In this document: positions 1 to 9,466 of the stretch, in pieces | Layout of the letters: every line of letters starts with the position of its first letter | How positions within the stretch are numbered: position 1 is the stretch's first letter | Assembly (NCBI GenBank): GCA_018992685.1 | Contig: JACVGT010000021.1 | Coordinates: forward strand, 64,001-128,000 | From: Theionarchaea archaeon | GTDB taxonomy: Archaea > Methanobacteriota_B > Thermococci > Methanofastidiosales > SZ-28-30 | Length of the DNA: 64,000 bases | Direction: 5' to 3' | Translations under genes and position numbers: made by a program | Notes under the pieces: generated by a model | Seen by the model: only the letters and a program-made list of their open reading frames with translations | What the model was told of the DNA's origin: nothing | The model's database searches: none

Positions 1-1
1 G

Positions 2-1417
2 GGAAAGGTTGAAGAAGGCATTCCTGAAGATGATCCCCGGAACCCTGCGGTCATTGCTGACAATGTGGGGGACAATGTTGGGGATGTAGCAGGCATGGGT
101 GCAGACCTGTTTGAGTCCTACGTTGACTCCATCATTGCTGCCATGGCCATTGGTGCTGTGATGGCGGCTACACTCAAGGTAGTCCTTCCCCTGCAAATTG
201 CTGCCATCGGAATCCTCGCGTCAGTTGTGGGAACTTTCTTCGTGTCGGCCTCGGGAGAAAACCTGCACGCCGCACTCAATAGAGGTATTTTTGCTGCAGC
301 CATCCTTATGGCGCTGGGCACGTTTGGATTGATCTATGCCACAGGCAATGACATGGGGATCTTTGGGGCTACCGTGGCCGGCTTAGTTGCCGGTATTGTC
401 ATCGGGTTAATTACTGAATACTATACTGCAGACAACCGCCCCCCTGCCAGGGCAGTGGCCTCTGCCTCAGAGACAGGTCCTGCCACCAACATCATTGCAG
501 GCCTTTCTCTGGGCATGCAAAGCACCGTCATACCGGTCCTTGCAGTATGTGCCGCCATTCTGGCCGCATACTACTTTGCTGATCTGTATGGGATTGCCAT
601 TGCAGCTGTAGGCATGCTTTCCACCCTCGGGATTACACTGGCCACTGACACATATGGCCCGGTGGCCGATAATGCGGCAGGAATTGCAGAAATGGCCAAA
701 ATGGGAAAGGAAGTGAGAGAGCGAGCAGAATCACTGGATGCAGTGGGTAACACCACAGCCGCCATTGGAAAAGGATTTGCCATCGGCTCTGCTGCTCTGA
801 CAGCTCTTGCCCTGTTCAGTGCATACGGAACAAAGGTGTCCCAGTTATCAGGCGCACCCTTTGGCATTGACATTACCCAGCCTTCCACTGTGGTGGGGCT
901 GTTCATCGGTGGATTGCTGCCCTTTGTGTTCTGTTCCTTCTCCATATCTGCTGTGGGAAGAGCTGCGTTTGACATGGTCAAGGAAGTGAGGAGGCAGTTC
1001 AAGGAAATTCCAGGCCTCATGGAGGGTACTGCAAAGCCAGATTACAGCAGGTGTGTTTCCATTTCAACAGGTGCTGCCCTGCGTGAAATGCGCATCCCCG
1101 GATTTCTGGCTGTGGCGTCTCCTGTGGTAGTGGGATTATTACTGGGGACGGAAGCCCTGGGCGGACTGCTGGCGGGTTCTGTGGTCACAGGATTCCTGCT
1201 GGCTGTATTCATGGCTAATTCAGGTGGAGCCTGGGACAATGCAAAGAAATATATAGAAAAAGGCAATCTAGGAGGTAAGGGCTCAGATCCACACAAGGCT
1301 GCTGTCGTGGGAGACACAGTGGGAGACCCCTTCAAAGACACGTCAGGTCCCTCGCTGAACATCCTCATTAAGTTGATGTCCATTGTGGCCCTGGTCTTTG
1401 CCCCCTTATTTGTGTGA
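2..1417 (+). CDS. hppA: Membrane-bound Na+/H+-translocating pyrophosphatase, K+-dependent type (5'-truncated by window edge)
   Basis: Motifs [53 protein letters not shown] (Ala = K+-dependent), [23 protein letters not shown]; many TM segments; frame open to window start. Confidence 0.95.
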   Translation, partial: GKVEEGIPEDDPRNPAVIADNVGDNVGDVAGMGADLFESYVDSIIAAMAIGAVMAATLKVVLPLQIAAIGILASVVGTFFVSASGENLHAALNRGIFAAAILMALGTFGLIYATGNDMGIFGATVAGLVAGIVIGLITEYYTADNRPPARAVASASETGPATNIIAGLSLGMQSTVIPVLAVCAAILAAYYFADLYGIAIAAVGMLSTLGITLATDTYGPVADNAAGIAEMAKMGKEVRERAESLDAVGNTTAAIGKGFAIGSAALTALALFSAYGTKVSQLSGAPFGIDITQPSTVVGLFIGGLLPFVFCSFSISAVGRAAFDMVKEVRRQFKEIPGLMEGTAKPDYSRCVSISTGAALREMRIPGFLAVASPVVVGLLLGTEALGGLLAGSVVTGFLLAVFMANSGGAWDNAKKYIEKGNLGGKGSDPHKAAVVGDTVGDPFKDTSGPSLNILIKLMSIVALVFAPLFV

Positions 1418-1421
1418 TTGT

Positions 1422-1973
1422 ATGTACAAGAAAGTGATACTACGAGATACGGTACGAGTGCCTCCTGCCAGGTTCGGCGAGAATCTGAAGGAGGCAATCA
1501 TTTCCATTTTGCGGGAAAGCTTTGCCGGTATCTGGAAGAAAGATCTGGGACTAGTCCTGGCCGTCATAGAGGTGCATGAGGTTGGGTCAGGCAAAGTAAT
1601 CCCTGGAGATGGGGCAGCATATTACGATGTGGAGTACGAAGTATTAGCATACGACCCGGTGATGCACGAAGTTGTTGAAGGAGAAATAGCAGAAATTCTG
1701 GAGTTTGGTGCGTTCATCAGGCTAGGTCCTGTGGATGGACTGGTTCATGTATCCCAGATAACCAATGACTTCATCAGCTTTGATTCCAAGCAGAGAACAC
1801 TGGCCGCAAAAGAAAGCGGAAGAATTCTCAAAGAAGGAGATAGAGTGCGGGCCAGAATCGTGACCATATCCAAGAAGAAGGATGGCACAAAGATTGGGTT
1901 GACATTAAGGCAACCAGGACTGGGCAAAATTCAGTGGATACAGGAAGACATGAAGAAAGAGGAGAGCGCATGA
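1422..1973 (+). CDS. rpoE1: DNA-directed RNA polymerase subunit E' (Rpo7)
   Basis: [22 protein letters not shown]1 domain [30 protein letters not shown]; ATG at 1422. Confidence 0.95.
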   Translation: MYKKVILRDTVRVPPARFGENLKEAIISILRESFAGIWKKDLGLVLAVIEVHEVGSGKVIPGDGAAYYDVEYEVLAYDPVMHEVVEGEIAEILEFGAFIRLGPVDGLVHVSQITNDFISFDSKQRTLAAKESGRILKEGDRVRARIVTISKKKDGTKIGLTLRQPGLGKIQWIQEDMKKEESA

Positions 1974-2146
1974 AAGTCTGTAGAGAGTGTCATAGACTGG
2001 TTGAGGGGAATGTGTGCCCAGTGTGCAAGACCTCTCATCTCACTGATGACTGGAGTGGACTGGTAATCATCTTCGATCTCGAATCGCAGATTGCCAAGAG
2101 TCTGAACATAACCCATCCTGGAAAGTACGCACTTCGGGTCAGATAA
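1970..2146 (+). CDS. spt4: Transcription elongation factor Spt4 (RpoE'')
   Basis: CRECH..CPVC zinc ribbon, WSGLVII, PGKYALRVR; ATGA overlap with rpoE1. Confidence 0.95.
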   Translation: MKVCRECHRLVEGNVCPVCKTSHLTDDWSGLVIIFDLESQIAKSLNITHPGKYALRVR

Positions 2147-2644
2147 ATGAAGATGACGCAAGAAGCATGGGAAAAGATGCAGGAACGTATTGGGCTCCTC
2201 ATCTCAGGAAAGATACCAGAACCGTACAGAATCTTGAAAGGCATGCTCACCGGTGAGAAAGTAATTGCTATTGGAGACGTTGTGGCCGAAAATATGCTGA
2301 AAGTGGGTATTGAACCTGAGATGATCATCGTAGACGGAAAGAGTATGAGAAAGGACCGTGTGGGTACCATGGAATGTGACATCACGGTGGAAAATCCGGC
2401 ATCTGAACTAACAAAGGAACTAATCGCAGCAGTAAAGAAGGGGTACAAGAGGATTTTTGTGGAGGGAGAAGAAGATCTGGCTGCACTCCCTGCAATCTTG
2501 TATGCTGATACCAATACAGTCATTGTGTATGGGGAACCCTCAGAAGGTATTATGGTGATTAGACCTACTGAAGAAAACAAGCAGAAGGTGAAGGAAGTTC
2601 TGGCTCTTTTTGAAAATGGTGATATGGCGCAACTTCTGGGTTGA
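2147..2644 (+). CDS. GTP-dependent dephospho-CoA kinase family (DUF359)
   Basis: IGDVV, IVDGKS, VENPA, VEGEEDLAALP, VYGEP motifs; usual position after spt4 in archaea. Confidence 0.85.
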   Translation: MKMTQEAWEKMQERIGLLISGKIPEPYRILKGMLTGEKVIAIGDVVAENMLKVGIEPEMIIVDGKSMRKDRVGTMECDITVENPASELTKELIAAVKKGYKRIFVEGEEDLAALPAILYADTNTVIVYGEPSEGIMVIRPTEENKQKVKEVLALFENGDMAQLLG

Positions 2645-2735
2645 TGGTCCGAACTTTTCTGCAGAGTCAGCAGAAAGGAGGGTTTTCACCTCCCGTCAGA
2701 AAATGACAACCTCCACAGTACACATGACTTGCCAT

Positions 2736-3167
2736 CTAGTATTTTCTTCTGCCTCCAAAGAAGAGACCTGCTAAAATATCTCTCCGGGATCCGAGTGAAA
2801 GGCTTCGTGTGAAGCTCCTACTCTCCTCATACGTGAGTTTTTCTTTGCTTTCCTGAATTCCTTCTCTCCAGATCTGAAGCCCTTCTTCAATCTCCACCGT
2901 GTAAACCGGAATCTCTTTCTTCTCGGCAAATTCCAGGACAGTCCACACGCTGACAGTGTACTTGCCTTCCAGAGCGATTCCCACCACTGCCTGACACGTA
3001 GTTATTTCCTTTTTCCAGTCTCGTATTCTTTCTGAACTGAGTCTGGAGGGAGACACAATCTGTACATCCGTCCCTAACTTGGACTTGATCATCTCTTTTA
3101 CTGATGCTTCGGTCCGGGAATTGTAGGTAATTGGAGGAAGTATTAGGTAAATTGTTCTCTGTTGCAT
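2736..3167 (-). CDS. Hypothetical protein, nucleoside deoxyribosyltransferase/TIR-like alpha/beta fold
   Basis: 143-aa ORF with ATG after AGGGGA; pattern GKYTVSVWTVLEFAEKKEIPVY resembles the NDT-like helix-strand. Confidence 0.55.
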   Translation of the reverse strand: MQQRTIYLILPPITYNSRTEASVKEMIKSKLGTDVQIVSPSRLSSERIRDWKKEITTCQAVVGIALEGKYTVSVWTVLEFAEKKEIPVYTVEIEEGLQIWREGIQESKEKLTYEESRSFTRSLSLGSRRDILAGLFFGGRRKY

Positions 3168-3895
3168 TACTTTCCCCTGGAGTCAGATGAATAAAAAGGT
3201 TTCGAATTCTGTTTTGACTTCGATTTCTTCAAGTGGTTCATACATCTTTTGGATTCGCAGGCAACAGCAAGGATCTCATGCACCCAGACTCTTCAACCTG
3301 TGTAAGCGATCATCTATGAGGACCTTTATCCCTTGGAATCTCGTGTATCAAAAGGAGGAAAACTTATCATTCGCCGATAAATGAGGAAAAGTTACTGTTC
3401 TTTATTGATTCTCTGTCAAACGAAAGCCTCTTACGAAAATTTCTGTCTAAAGTATGTTAATTTAATCATAATGAGCATGAAGTAGATAATTTTTATTATA
3501 ATAGATCATGCTTAGATTACAGTGGTAAAAAAAGGATCAAGAATGATTTATCTGTATTTGGTGCACCTTGAGCAAATATAAACAGGAATAAAATAGTAAT
3601 TATAATTTTCACAATCTCTAAAATTTGATTCTTGCAGGAATTTCAGTCAAAAGTAAGAATCAAGTCGTTCACTAGAAATCAGGGATATGTACATCAGAAA
3701 AATGCACTAATCTGCATTCTGAGAAATAAGAAAAATCGCAAAGAATTCTTCCAATGGCTGGCTGGAGTCATCTTTGTTCTGTAAATTGAGTCACTTCTGA
3801 TATCACAATTGATATGTTTTTAGATATTAAAAGGCATTTAATAAGTATAAAATGTAGAAAAAAGGTTCAAACAGGGTCATTGGTAATCAATACCC

Positions 3896-3910
3896 AAAAG
3901 TTTATATACC
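3896..3910 (+). promoter_or_regulatory. BRE-TATA promoter of the C25 peptidase gene
   Basis: AAAAG-TTTATATA about 40 nt upstream of SD GGAGGTGA (3941-3948). Confidence 0.7.
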
Positions 3911-3954
3911 CATATGATAACACAAGAACATCACTACAAAGGAGGTGACAAGAT

Positions 3955-5790
3955 ACGAAAGGTAGAATAGGTATTGCACTTGTTCTCATGATATTACTGA
4001 GCTTGAGTATGTCTGCGGTTTATTCTGAAAACGACAACTTCAGTGTGGAGTATCATTTCACTGTCGCCACTGCCACAGATCAGTGTGGTTCCTGGATGAT
4101 CGAGGGCACTATAACCCAAGAGATTGCAGGAGAACCCTTGGTCCCCTACTACCCGGCCACCATTCTTTTGCCACAGGATTCAGAGGTGAAGGACATCAAA
4201 GTGAAGACCAGCAACCCTGTGATCCAGAAGGGTGTAGATTTGCCGTGGGGTCAGCCCCCTTGCACATTCAGTGATGAACCTGTAGTGGTGGGCAAGAATG
4301 AAGCAATCTACGGCTCTGATAATCTGTACCCGGCAACAGACTTTGAGGTGGTGAGCATAGAATCCTGTAAAGGATTCCAGATACTTCTGGTCAACCTCTA
4401 CCCTCTCCAGTACCAGCCAAAATCTGGAACCATAAAGTTCTATGAGACCATGACAGTGGACGTGAAATTTGGCAAGGGCATGAAGAACAACCTGTACAGA
4501 GGACTGGGAGGAGACAAAGCAGAGATCGCTGGGTTCGTGGACAATCCTGAAATGATATCCACATATGAAGAGGGTGCTGTCCCGCTGCAGACTTACCAGT
4601 ACGTCATCATCACCAACGATACCATGAGTTCCACTTTCCAGACACTGGCCAACCATAAGGCACATTACGTGACAGGAGCAGCGGTGTACACGGTATCATG
4701 GATTTCATCCAACTACACCGGAAGGGACAACCAGGAGAAAATCAGGAACTTCATCAAGGACTACTACACCAACCATGGAACACGGTATGTACTGCTGGGT
4801 GGTGATATTGCTGCTGTCCCCTACAGAGGATTCTACGTGTCAACTGGTGGATACACCGATTATGACATGTTGGCTGACATGTACTACGGCCATCTCGATG
4901 GCACGTGGAATACAGACAATGACAGACGCTGGGGAGAATCAGGCGAAGAAGACTGGTATGCTGAAGTCGCTGTGGGAAGAGCACCCGTTGAGACCACCTC
5001 AGAAGCATCAGCTTTTGTGAGCAAAGTCATCAGCTATGAACTGGCCACAAAACCACAAAGAGTCCTCTTGCACCAATCCCGGATTGCATCCAACAACGTC
5101 CCCGATTCACGATGTCTGGCATACAACTGCGACAACTGGATTCCTTCAGGGTACACCATTGATTACCTCTTCGAGGAGAATGGTACTGTTTCCAAATCAG
5201 TGTGGATTTCCCACTGGGCCCAGAACCCCGTGGCAGTAGCCCACATTGGACACGGTAACACAACTGTCTACTACATCAACTACCAGAATGGTGGTACAGT
5301 AAGCTGGTACAATTCAGATGTTGCCAGCATGACCAACACGTTCTGGCCCTGGACCACCAGCGTCGCCTGCATCTGTGGACAGATTGAAGCCAATGACTGC
5401 CTGGCAGAAGCCTACGTCAAGGACTCCAACAATGGAGCTATTGCTGCCATCTACAATGACAACTACGGGTGGTACTCCACAAGCAATGCGTGCAAGTACT
5501 CTGGAGAGTTCTGCGAGAAGGAGTTCAGAGCCTGCTGGAGTGATGGAAAGCAGAAGCTGGGTGATATGCTGAACAAGGCACGGAGCTACTTGGTATCCTC
5601 TGCAAAAATCAACACCACCTACAGATGGTGCTTCTACGAGAGGAACTTGGTAGGAGATCCTGAATCCCCCTCTCTCACCAAGAGAGCAAGCTACAGCGTT
5701 TCAGTAAGGCAGTTCCATTCCTTTGGGGCTTATGGGCTGTTTTCATACAGTACGACATTTCTCGCTCCTATAAGGTATGGACTTCAATAA
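3955..5790 (+). CDS. Secreted gingipain-like cysteine peptidase (family C25) with propeptide; probable ACG start
   Basis: Propeptide GEPLVP; catalytic domain YVLLGGD, ADMYY, VAVGRAP, IGHG, SVAC, NLVGDP; signal peptide (T/M)KGRIGIALVLMILLSLSMSA begins at ACG 3955, after in-frame TGA at 3946. Confidence 0.88.
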   Translation, partial: TKGRIGIALVLMILLSLSMSAVYSENDNFSVEYHFTVATATDQCGSWMIEGTITQEIAGEPLVPYYPATILLPQDSEVKDIKVKTSNPVIQKGVDLPWGQPPCTFSDEPVVVGKNEAIYGSDNLYPATDFEVVSIESCKGFQILLVNLYPLQYQPKSGTIKFYETMTVDVKFGKGMKNNLYRGLGGDKAEIAGFVDNPEMISTYEEGAVPLQTYQYVIITNDTMSSTFQTLANHKAHYVTGAAVYTVSWISSNYTGRDNQEKIRNFIKDYYTNHGTRYVLLGGDIAAVPYRGFYVSTGGYTDYDMLADMYYGHLDGTWNTDNDRRWGESGEEDWYAEVAVGRAPVETTSEASAFVSKVISYELATKPQRVLLHQSRIASNNVPDSRCLAYNCDNWIPSGYTIDYLFEENGTVSKSVWISHWAQNPVAVAHIGHGNTTVYYINYQNGGTVSWYNSDVASMTNTFWPWTTSVACICGQIEANDCLAEAYVKDSNNGAIAAIYNDNYGWYSTSNACKYSGEFCEKEFRACWSDGKQKLGDMLNKARSYLVSSAKINTTYRWCFYERNLVGDPESPSLTKRASYSVSVRQFHSFGAYGLFSYSTTFLAPIRYGLQ

Positions 5791-5791
5791 C

Positions 5792-5860
5792 TTCTTTGAT
5801 TTCTTTATTTTGTTTTTTTATTTTTTTATTCCTGTTTTCTGGTCGTTTTGTTGTTATTTC
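5792..5860 (+). terminator. Oligo-T archaeal terminator tract
   Basis: Long T-rich run (ttctttgatttctttattttgtttttta tttttttatt...) right after the peptidase stop. Confidence 0.65.
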
Positions 5861-6039
5861 AGAATTATCATCCTTGCTGGTCAGTGATCCTGTCATATAA
5901 GATGAACATCTGCGAGATGAAACGAATGGAACTTGAATGAGAAGAGAAGATTATCTCTCGTCACAGTATGTCATCACATACTTCTTTGGCGTGACACCCA
6001 TATCTTTTAATACCTTCTTTCATAAAGATTCTTGATACT

Positions 6040-6321
6040 ATGGCATGTAAGATGAACTGCACTTTGAAAGGGAATGACCCTAAAGAAACCATGGAAACCC
6101 TCATCAAGATGGTTGAAGGTCAAGGGTTTGTCTTCAAAGGAACCTCCACCAAAGGGACATTCAAGTATGAGAAAACACTGAAAGCAAGCGGTGAATACTC
6201 CAGGTCAAAAAAGAAGGTTACCTTGACTGTAACCAAATATCCCTTCTTTGTCACTTGCGGAATGATCATATCAGAACTGAACAAAAGGCTGGGTGACTAC
6301 CTTTCATGTGAAGAAGATTAG
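6040..6321 (+). CDS. Small hypothetical protein (93 aa)
   Basis: TATA-like TTTTAATA about 30 nt upstream; plausible globular composition with MAC...PFFVTC pattern. Confidence 0.7.
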   Translation: MACKMNCTLKGNDPKETMETLIKMVEGQGFVFKGTSTKGTFKYEKTLKASGEYSRSKKKVTLTVTKYPFFVTCGMIISELNKRLGDYLSCEED

Positions 6322-6415
6322 AGTATCACTCGCCGGCATTGTAGGTTCGGGATAGTGACACGCCTGGCAAGCAATCAAAAATAAATGTGAGAAACCTTCC
6401 ATAAGGTGAACCGAG

Positions 6416-7645
6416 ATGACCAAAAGTATTGCGACATCGGGCTTTGTTAAGCCAGGATTTGAGGCTGTGCGGGAAGCTTTCATCGAGAACTTCGAGCGCC
6501 GCAGTGAGCTTGGAGCTGCCTGTTGTATCTACTACCGTGGGGAAAAAGTAGTGGACTTATGGGGCGGAATCCGGAACAAAGCAACGGGCGAACCCTGGCA
6601 GGAGAATACGATGGCCCTTGTCGCCTCGACCACAAAGGGACTTGCCGGTCTATCCATGGCACTCGCTCATTCTCGAGGGTTGTTTGATTACGATGAGCGT
6701 GTCTCGAAGTATTGGCCGGAATTTGCACAGCAAGGGAAGGAATTGACTACAGTTAGGCAACTCCTTTCGCACCAGGCCGGATTGCATGTGTTGGATATGC
6801 CGCCAGAAAAGAACCTGATCGCTGACCTCGACCAGCTCGCAATTGTACTCGCGGGGCAAAAGCCGGAGTGGGAGCCCGGCACGAGACAGGCTTACCATGC
6901 CATCACACTCGGGTTCTATGAAAGCGAGTTGCTTCGCCGGGTAGATCCTAAACACCGCTCTTTAGGGCAGTTCTTCCAAGAGGAAATGGCCATTCCACTG
7001 GGCCTTGATTTCTATATTGGGCTACCTGAAGAGATTCCCAACGCCAGACTTGCAACACTTCACAGGGTTAATTTGGCGAGTGCCTTTTTCACCATGCCCA
7101 TCCAGTTAGCACTCTCAGCTATGAACCCGCGCTCACGGTTTCGCCGATCGTTACTAGGATCGTTGCCAGAAGAGAGAGAGCACATCTATGCCCGGAATCT
7201 AGAGGTACCGGCAGGAGGGGGAGTGGGAACGGCTCGAGCCATTGCTCGAGCGTATGGCGAGTTCGCGACCGGGGGCCGTAACCTCGGATTGCGGGAGGAA
7301 ACACTTCAACAGCTAATGGCGCCCGCAGTCCCCCCACTTCATGGATTCCATGATGAATGCCTCAAAATGGAGATTGTTTTCTCACTTGGTTTCATGAAGC
7401 CAAGTCCTGAGAACGCATTCGCTCATCCGAGCTCCTTCGGAGCCCCGGGAACAGGGGGATCCTTCGGTTTTGCTGATCCTCATGCCGGGATTGGTTACGC
7501 GTACATCCCGAATTTGGTTAAGTTCTACTTGACGGATCCAAGGGAAGAAGCGCTTCGTACAGCAATGTATCGCTCGATTGGCAAGACAGACCCGTACCTC
7601 GAGCACAGAGAGCAATCCAGCACGTGCGGTCAGGGGGATTCGTGA
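6416..7645 (+). CDS. Serine hydrolase, beta-lactamase class C / EstB-like esterase
   Basis: SxxK motif ASTTKG, LLSHQAGL, PGTRQAYH, FGAPGTGGSFGFADP; SD AGGTGA. Confidence 0.9.
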   Translation: MTKSIATSGFVKPGFEAVREAFIENFERRSELGAACCIYYRGEKVVDLWGGIRNKATGEPWQENTMALVASTTKGLAGLSMALAHSRGLFDYDERVSKYWPEFAQQGKELTTVRQLLSHQAGLHVLDMPPEKNLIADLDQLAIVLAGQKPEWEPGTRQAYHAITLGFYESELLRRVDPKHRSLGQFFQEEMAIPLGLDFYIGLPEEIPNARLATLHRVNLASAFFTMPIQLALSAMNPRSRFRRSLLGSLPEEREHIYARNLEVPAGGGVGTARAIARAYGEFATGGRNLGLREETLQQLMAPAVPPLHGFHDECLKMEIVFSLGFMKPSPENAFAHPSSFGAPGTGGSFGFADPHAGIGYAYIPNLVKFYLTDPREEALRTAMYRSIGKTDPYLEHREQSSTCGQGDS

Positions 7646-8277
7646 TGGTAGAAACTGCAAGGATATTGCGATTCTTCCTCGTCTGTGGGATTCTCTCTTC
7701 GCTATTGTATGTCAGCACTGATATACTCGCAGGCATGCTGTGGGAAGGCTATGACTTTGCCTCCCAGTCCGCCAGTGAACTGAGCGCTTTAGGTGCTTCC
7801 ACGAGACCCTTCGTGCTTCCGCTTGAACTCACGGCTGACGTTCTTTTGATCGCTTTCGCGCTGGGAGTATGGGTATCAGCCGGTCGGAATCGCGCTCTGC
7901 GAGTGACTGGAGGCCTGCTGGCTGCAAACGCGGTCACGGCCCTGGTGGCAGTTGCATTCTTTCCGGTGCACCCCGGCGAGGCCATGACAGCGTCTGCCAA
8001 TACCATGAACGTAGTTCTCATGGGTCTGAGCGTACTCTTCCTTCTAGTAGCCATGGGATTCGGAGCTGCTGCATGCCAAAATTGGTTCCGCTTCTACTCG
8101 ATCGGGACATTTCTGGTATTCCTTGTAGAAGACATTTTGGCAACAATGGGCGCTCCGCGAGCCATTAGAGGACAATCGGGGCCGTTGGTGGGGATACAGG
8201 AGCGCACTATGATCTATGGTTGTCTGTTGTGGATCGTGGTGCTGGCAATTGTCCTCTTACGCGCGGAAAAGAAATAA
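7645..8277 (+). CDS. DUF998-like membrane protein
   Basis: Five to six hydrophobic segments; YDFASQSASELSALGA and GIQER motifs. Confidence 0.7.
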   Translation: MVETARILRFFLVCGILSSLLYVSTDILAGMLWEGYDFASQSASELSALGASTRPFVLPLELTADVLLIAFALGVWVSAGRNRALRVTGGLLAANAVTALVAVAFFPVHPGEAMTASANTMNVVLMGLSVLFLLVAMGFGAAACQNWFRFYSIGTFLVFLVEDILATMGAPRAIRGQSGPLVGIQERTMIYGCLLWIVVLAIVLLRAEKK

Positions 8278-8398
8278 TTAATTCCGTTTATTCGTGAATG
8301 AAGTAAGAAAGTGTCTCGTGAAGCTGGGACGAATAAAAAGTACCAAATCTAAAAACAAAGAAAGAATATAGTACTATAGATTCAAACAAGTCATTTTA

Positions 8399-8470
8399 TG
8401 CCCCTGTCGGGATTCGAACCCGAGTCACAGGCTCCGCAGGCCCGTATTATATCCACTAAACTACAGGGGC
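8399..8470 (-). tRNA. tRNA-Arg(GCG)
   Basis: GCCCCTG/CAGGGGC acceptor stem, CGGGC-CTGCGGA-GCCTG anticodon arm, TCGGG-TTCGAAT-CCCGA T arm; no intron, CCA not encoded. Confidence 0.95.
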
Positions 8471-8724
8471 TACTACTCATTGTGAGAGTGTGAATAAAAG
8501 GTTTCCCCCTGCACTCTTCTTTTCTCCATCCAAGTCCTCCAACCTTTCTCATACAATGAGGTCCAAGGAGTCTTTCCACCGCCAAGAATGATCCCCACAT
8601 GGCTTTCCGTTGGAACCCCCGAACTAGGCAACCTTCTGCTTGGCTTTGGATAACAACAGGGGCACATTGAAATGTTGAGCCAGCCCACAAAAAGACTTAA
8701 GTATCGAGAGGAGGTGGACAATTC

Positions 8725-8934
8725 ATGCTAGAAAACCTCAGCAAGAATGGAGGAGGGAAAAGGGTGCTGAGAGTGACATATGTCATTCTCTTGTTGGCTC
8801 CTGTGGGAATTCCCTATCTTTTCAAAGAACAACTTCCCGGATCATGGTACAATTGGACAATTTTCGGGATGTGTCTTGCGATTCTGGCTTTCACTTTCGC
8901 CCAGATGGCCTACATTATTGTCCGGAACCCATAG
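8725..8934 (+). CDS. Small two-TM membrane protein
   Basis: SD GGAGGTGG, upstream CTTAAGTA TATA-like box, two hydrophobic helices. Confidence 0.6.
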   Translation: MLENLSKNGGGKRVLRVTYVILLLAPVGIPYLFKEQLPGSWYNWTIFGMCLAILAFTFAQMAYIIVRNP

Positions 8935-8956
8935 TCATTTGCTACTTTTTCCTTGC

Positions 8957-9466
8957 TCATTCCCCACTTGCTTTTTCCCTCTTGCGACATCCGGTCATTT
9001 GCGATTTTCTCTGGATACTCCTTCTTCGGATCACCCGATTTCCACAGAAGGGACATTCCGTGAGAGCGTGCCCGAATTTCCGTCCACATCCTACACACAC
9101 AAACTCCCACCGGAATATCTCCTCAATCCCCTTAACTCCTGCAGACTCGTATGGTACATCAAGAACTTCGCACACGTTTTGTATCCCATAGTCCCCGCTG
9201 ACCACACATCCATCCAGATCCAGTGCCAGTGCCACTACCTTCACATCTGTAGCACTCAAGGTGTCTTTCGTTTTCCCAACTGCACATTCAACCTCACTGA
9301 CTGCCTCTTCTGATGGCTCCTCAATCTGCAGTTTCCCTGATGCAATCAGTGATTCCATGGTAAATTCTGATGAATAATCTCTGATCTCCTGGATGACTTC
9401 AGGAACAGTATACCCATTATCCACAAATCCCGAGATGATGGCTGATGCATCCAGAATGTATTTCAT
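8957..9466 (-). CDS. nob1: NOB1-family endoribonuclease (PIN + zinc ribbon)
   Basis: MKYILDASA, LSATDVKVVALA, DYGIQNV, C-terminal CVGC..CPFCG; overlaps the NAD kinase stop. Confidence 0.9.
   Translation of the reverse strand: MKYILDASAIISGFVDNGYTVPEVIQEIRDYSSEFTMESLIASGKLQIEEPSEEAVSEVECAVGKTKDTLSATDVKVVALALDLDGCVVSGDYGIQNVCEVLDVPYESAGVKGIEEIFRWEFVCVGCGRKFGHALTECPFCGNRVIRRRSIQRKSQMTGCRKREKASGE

Noticed and set aside
3187-3384. 65-aa ORF in the AT-rich spacer
   Set aside because: No SD, no recognisable motif, and it overlaps the likely promoter of the divergent gene
3735-3743. ATCGCAAAG shared with 50229-50237 as a possible operator
   Set aside because: At 50229 it is simply the BRE abutting a TATA box; a single 9-mer match is expected by chance
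8529-8690. RNase P RNA or 5S rRNA
   Set aside because: Only short words (GCAGAAGG, GGAAAG) resemble the consensus, in the wrong order; conserved helices are missing
8391-8721. Minus-strand ORFs of 99 and 82 aa near tRNA-Arg
   Set aside because: They overlap the tRNA or its promoter and have no protein-like features
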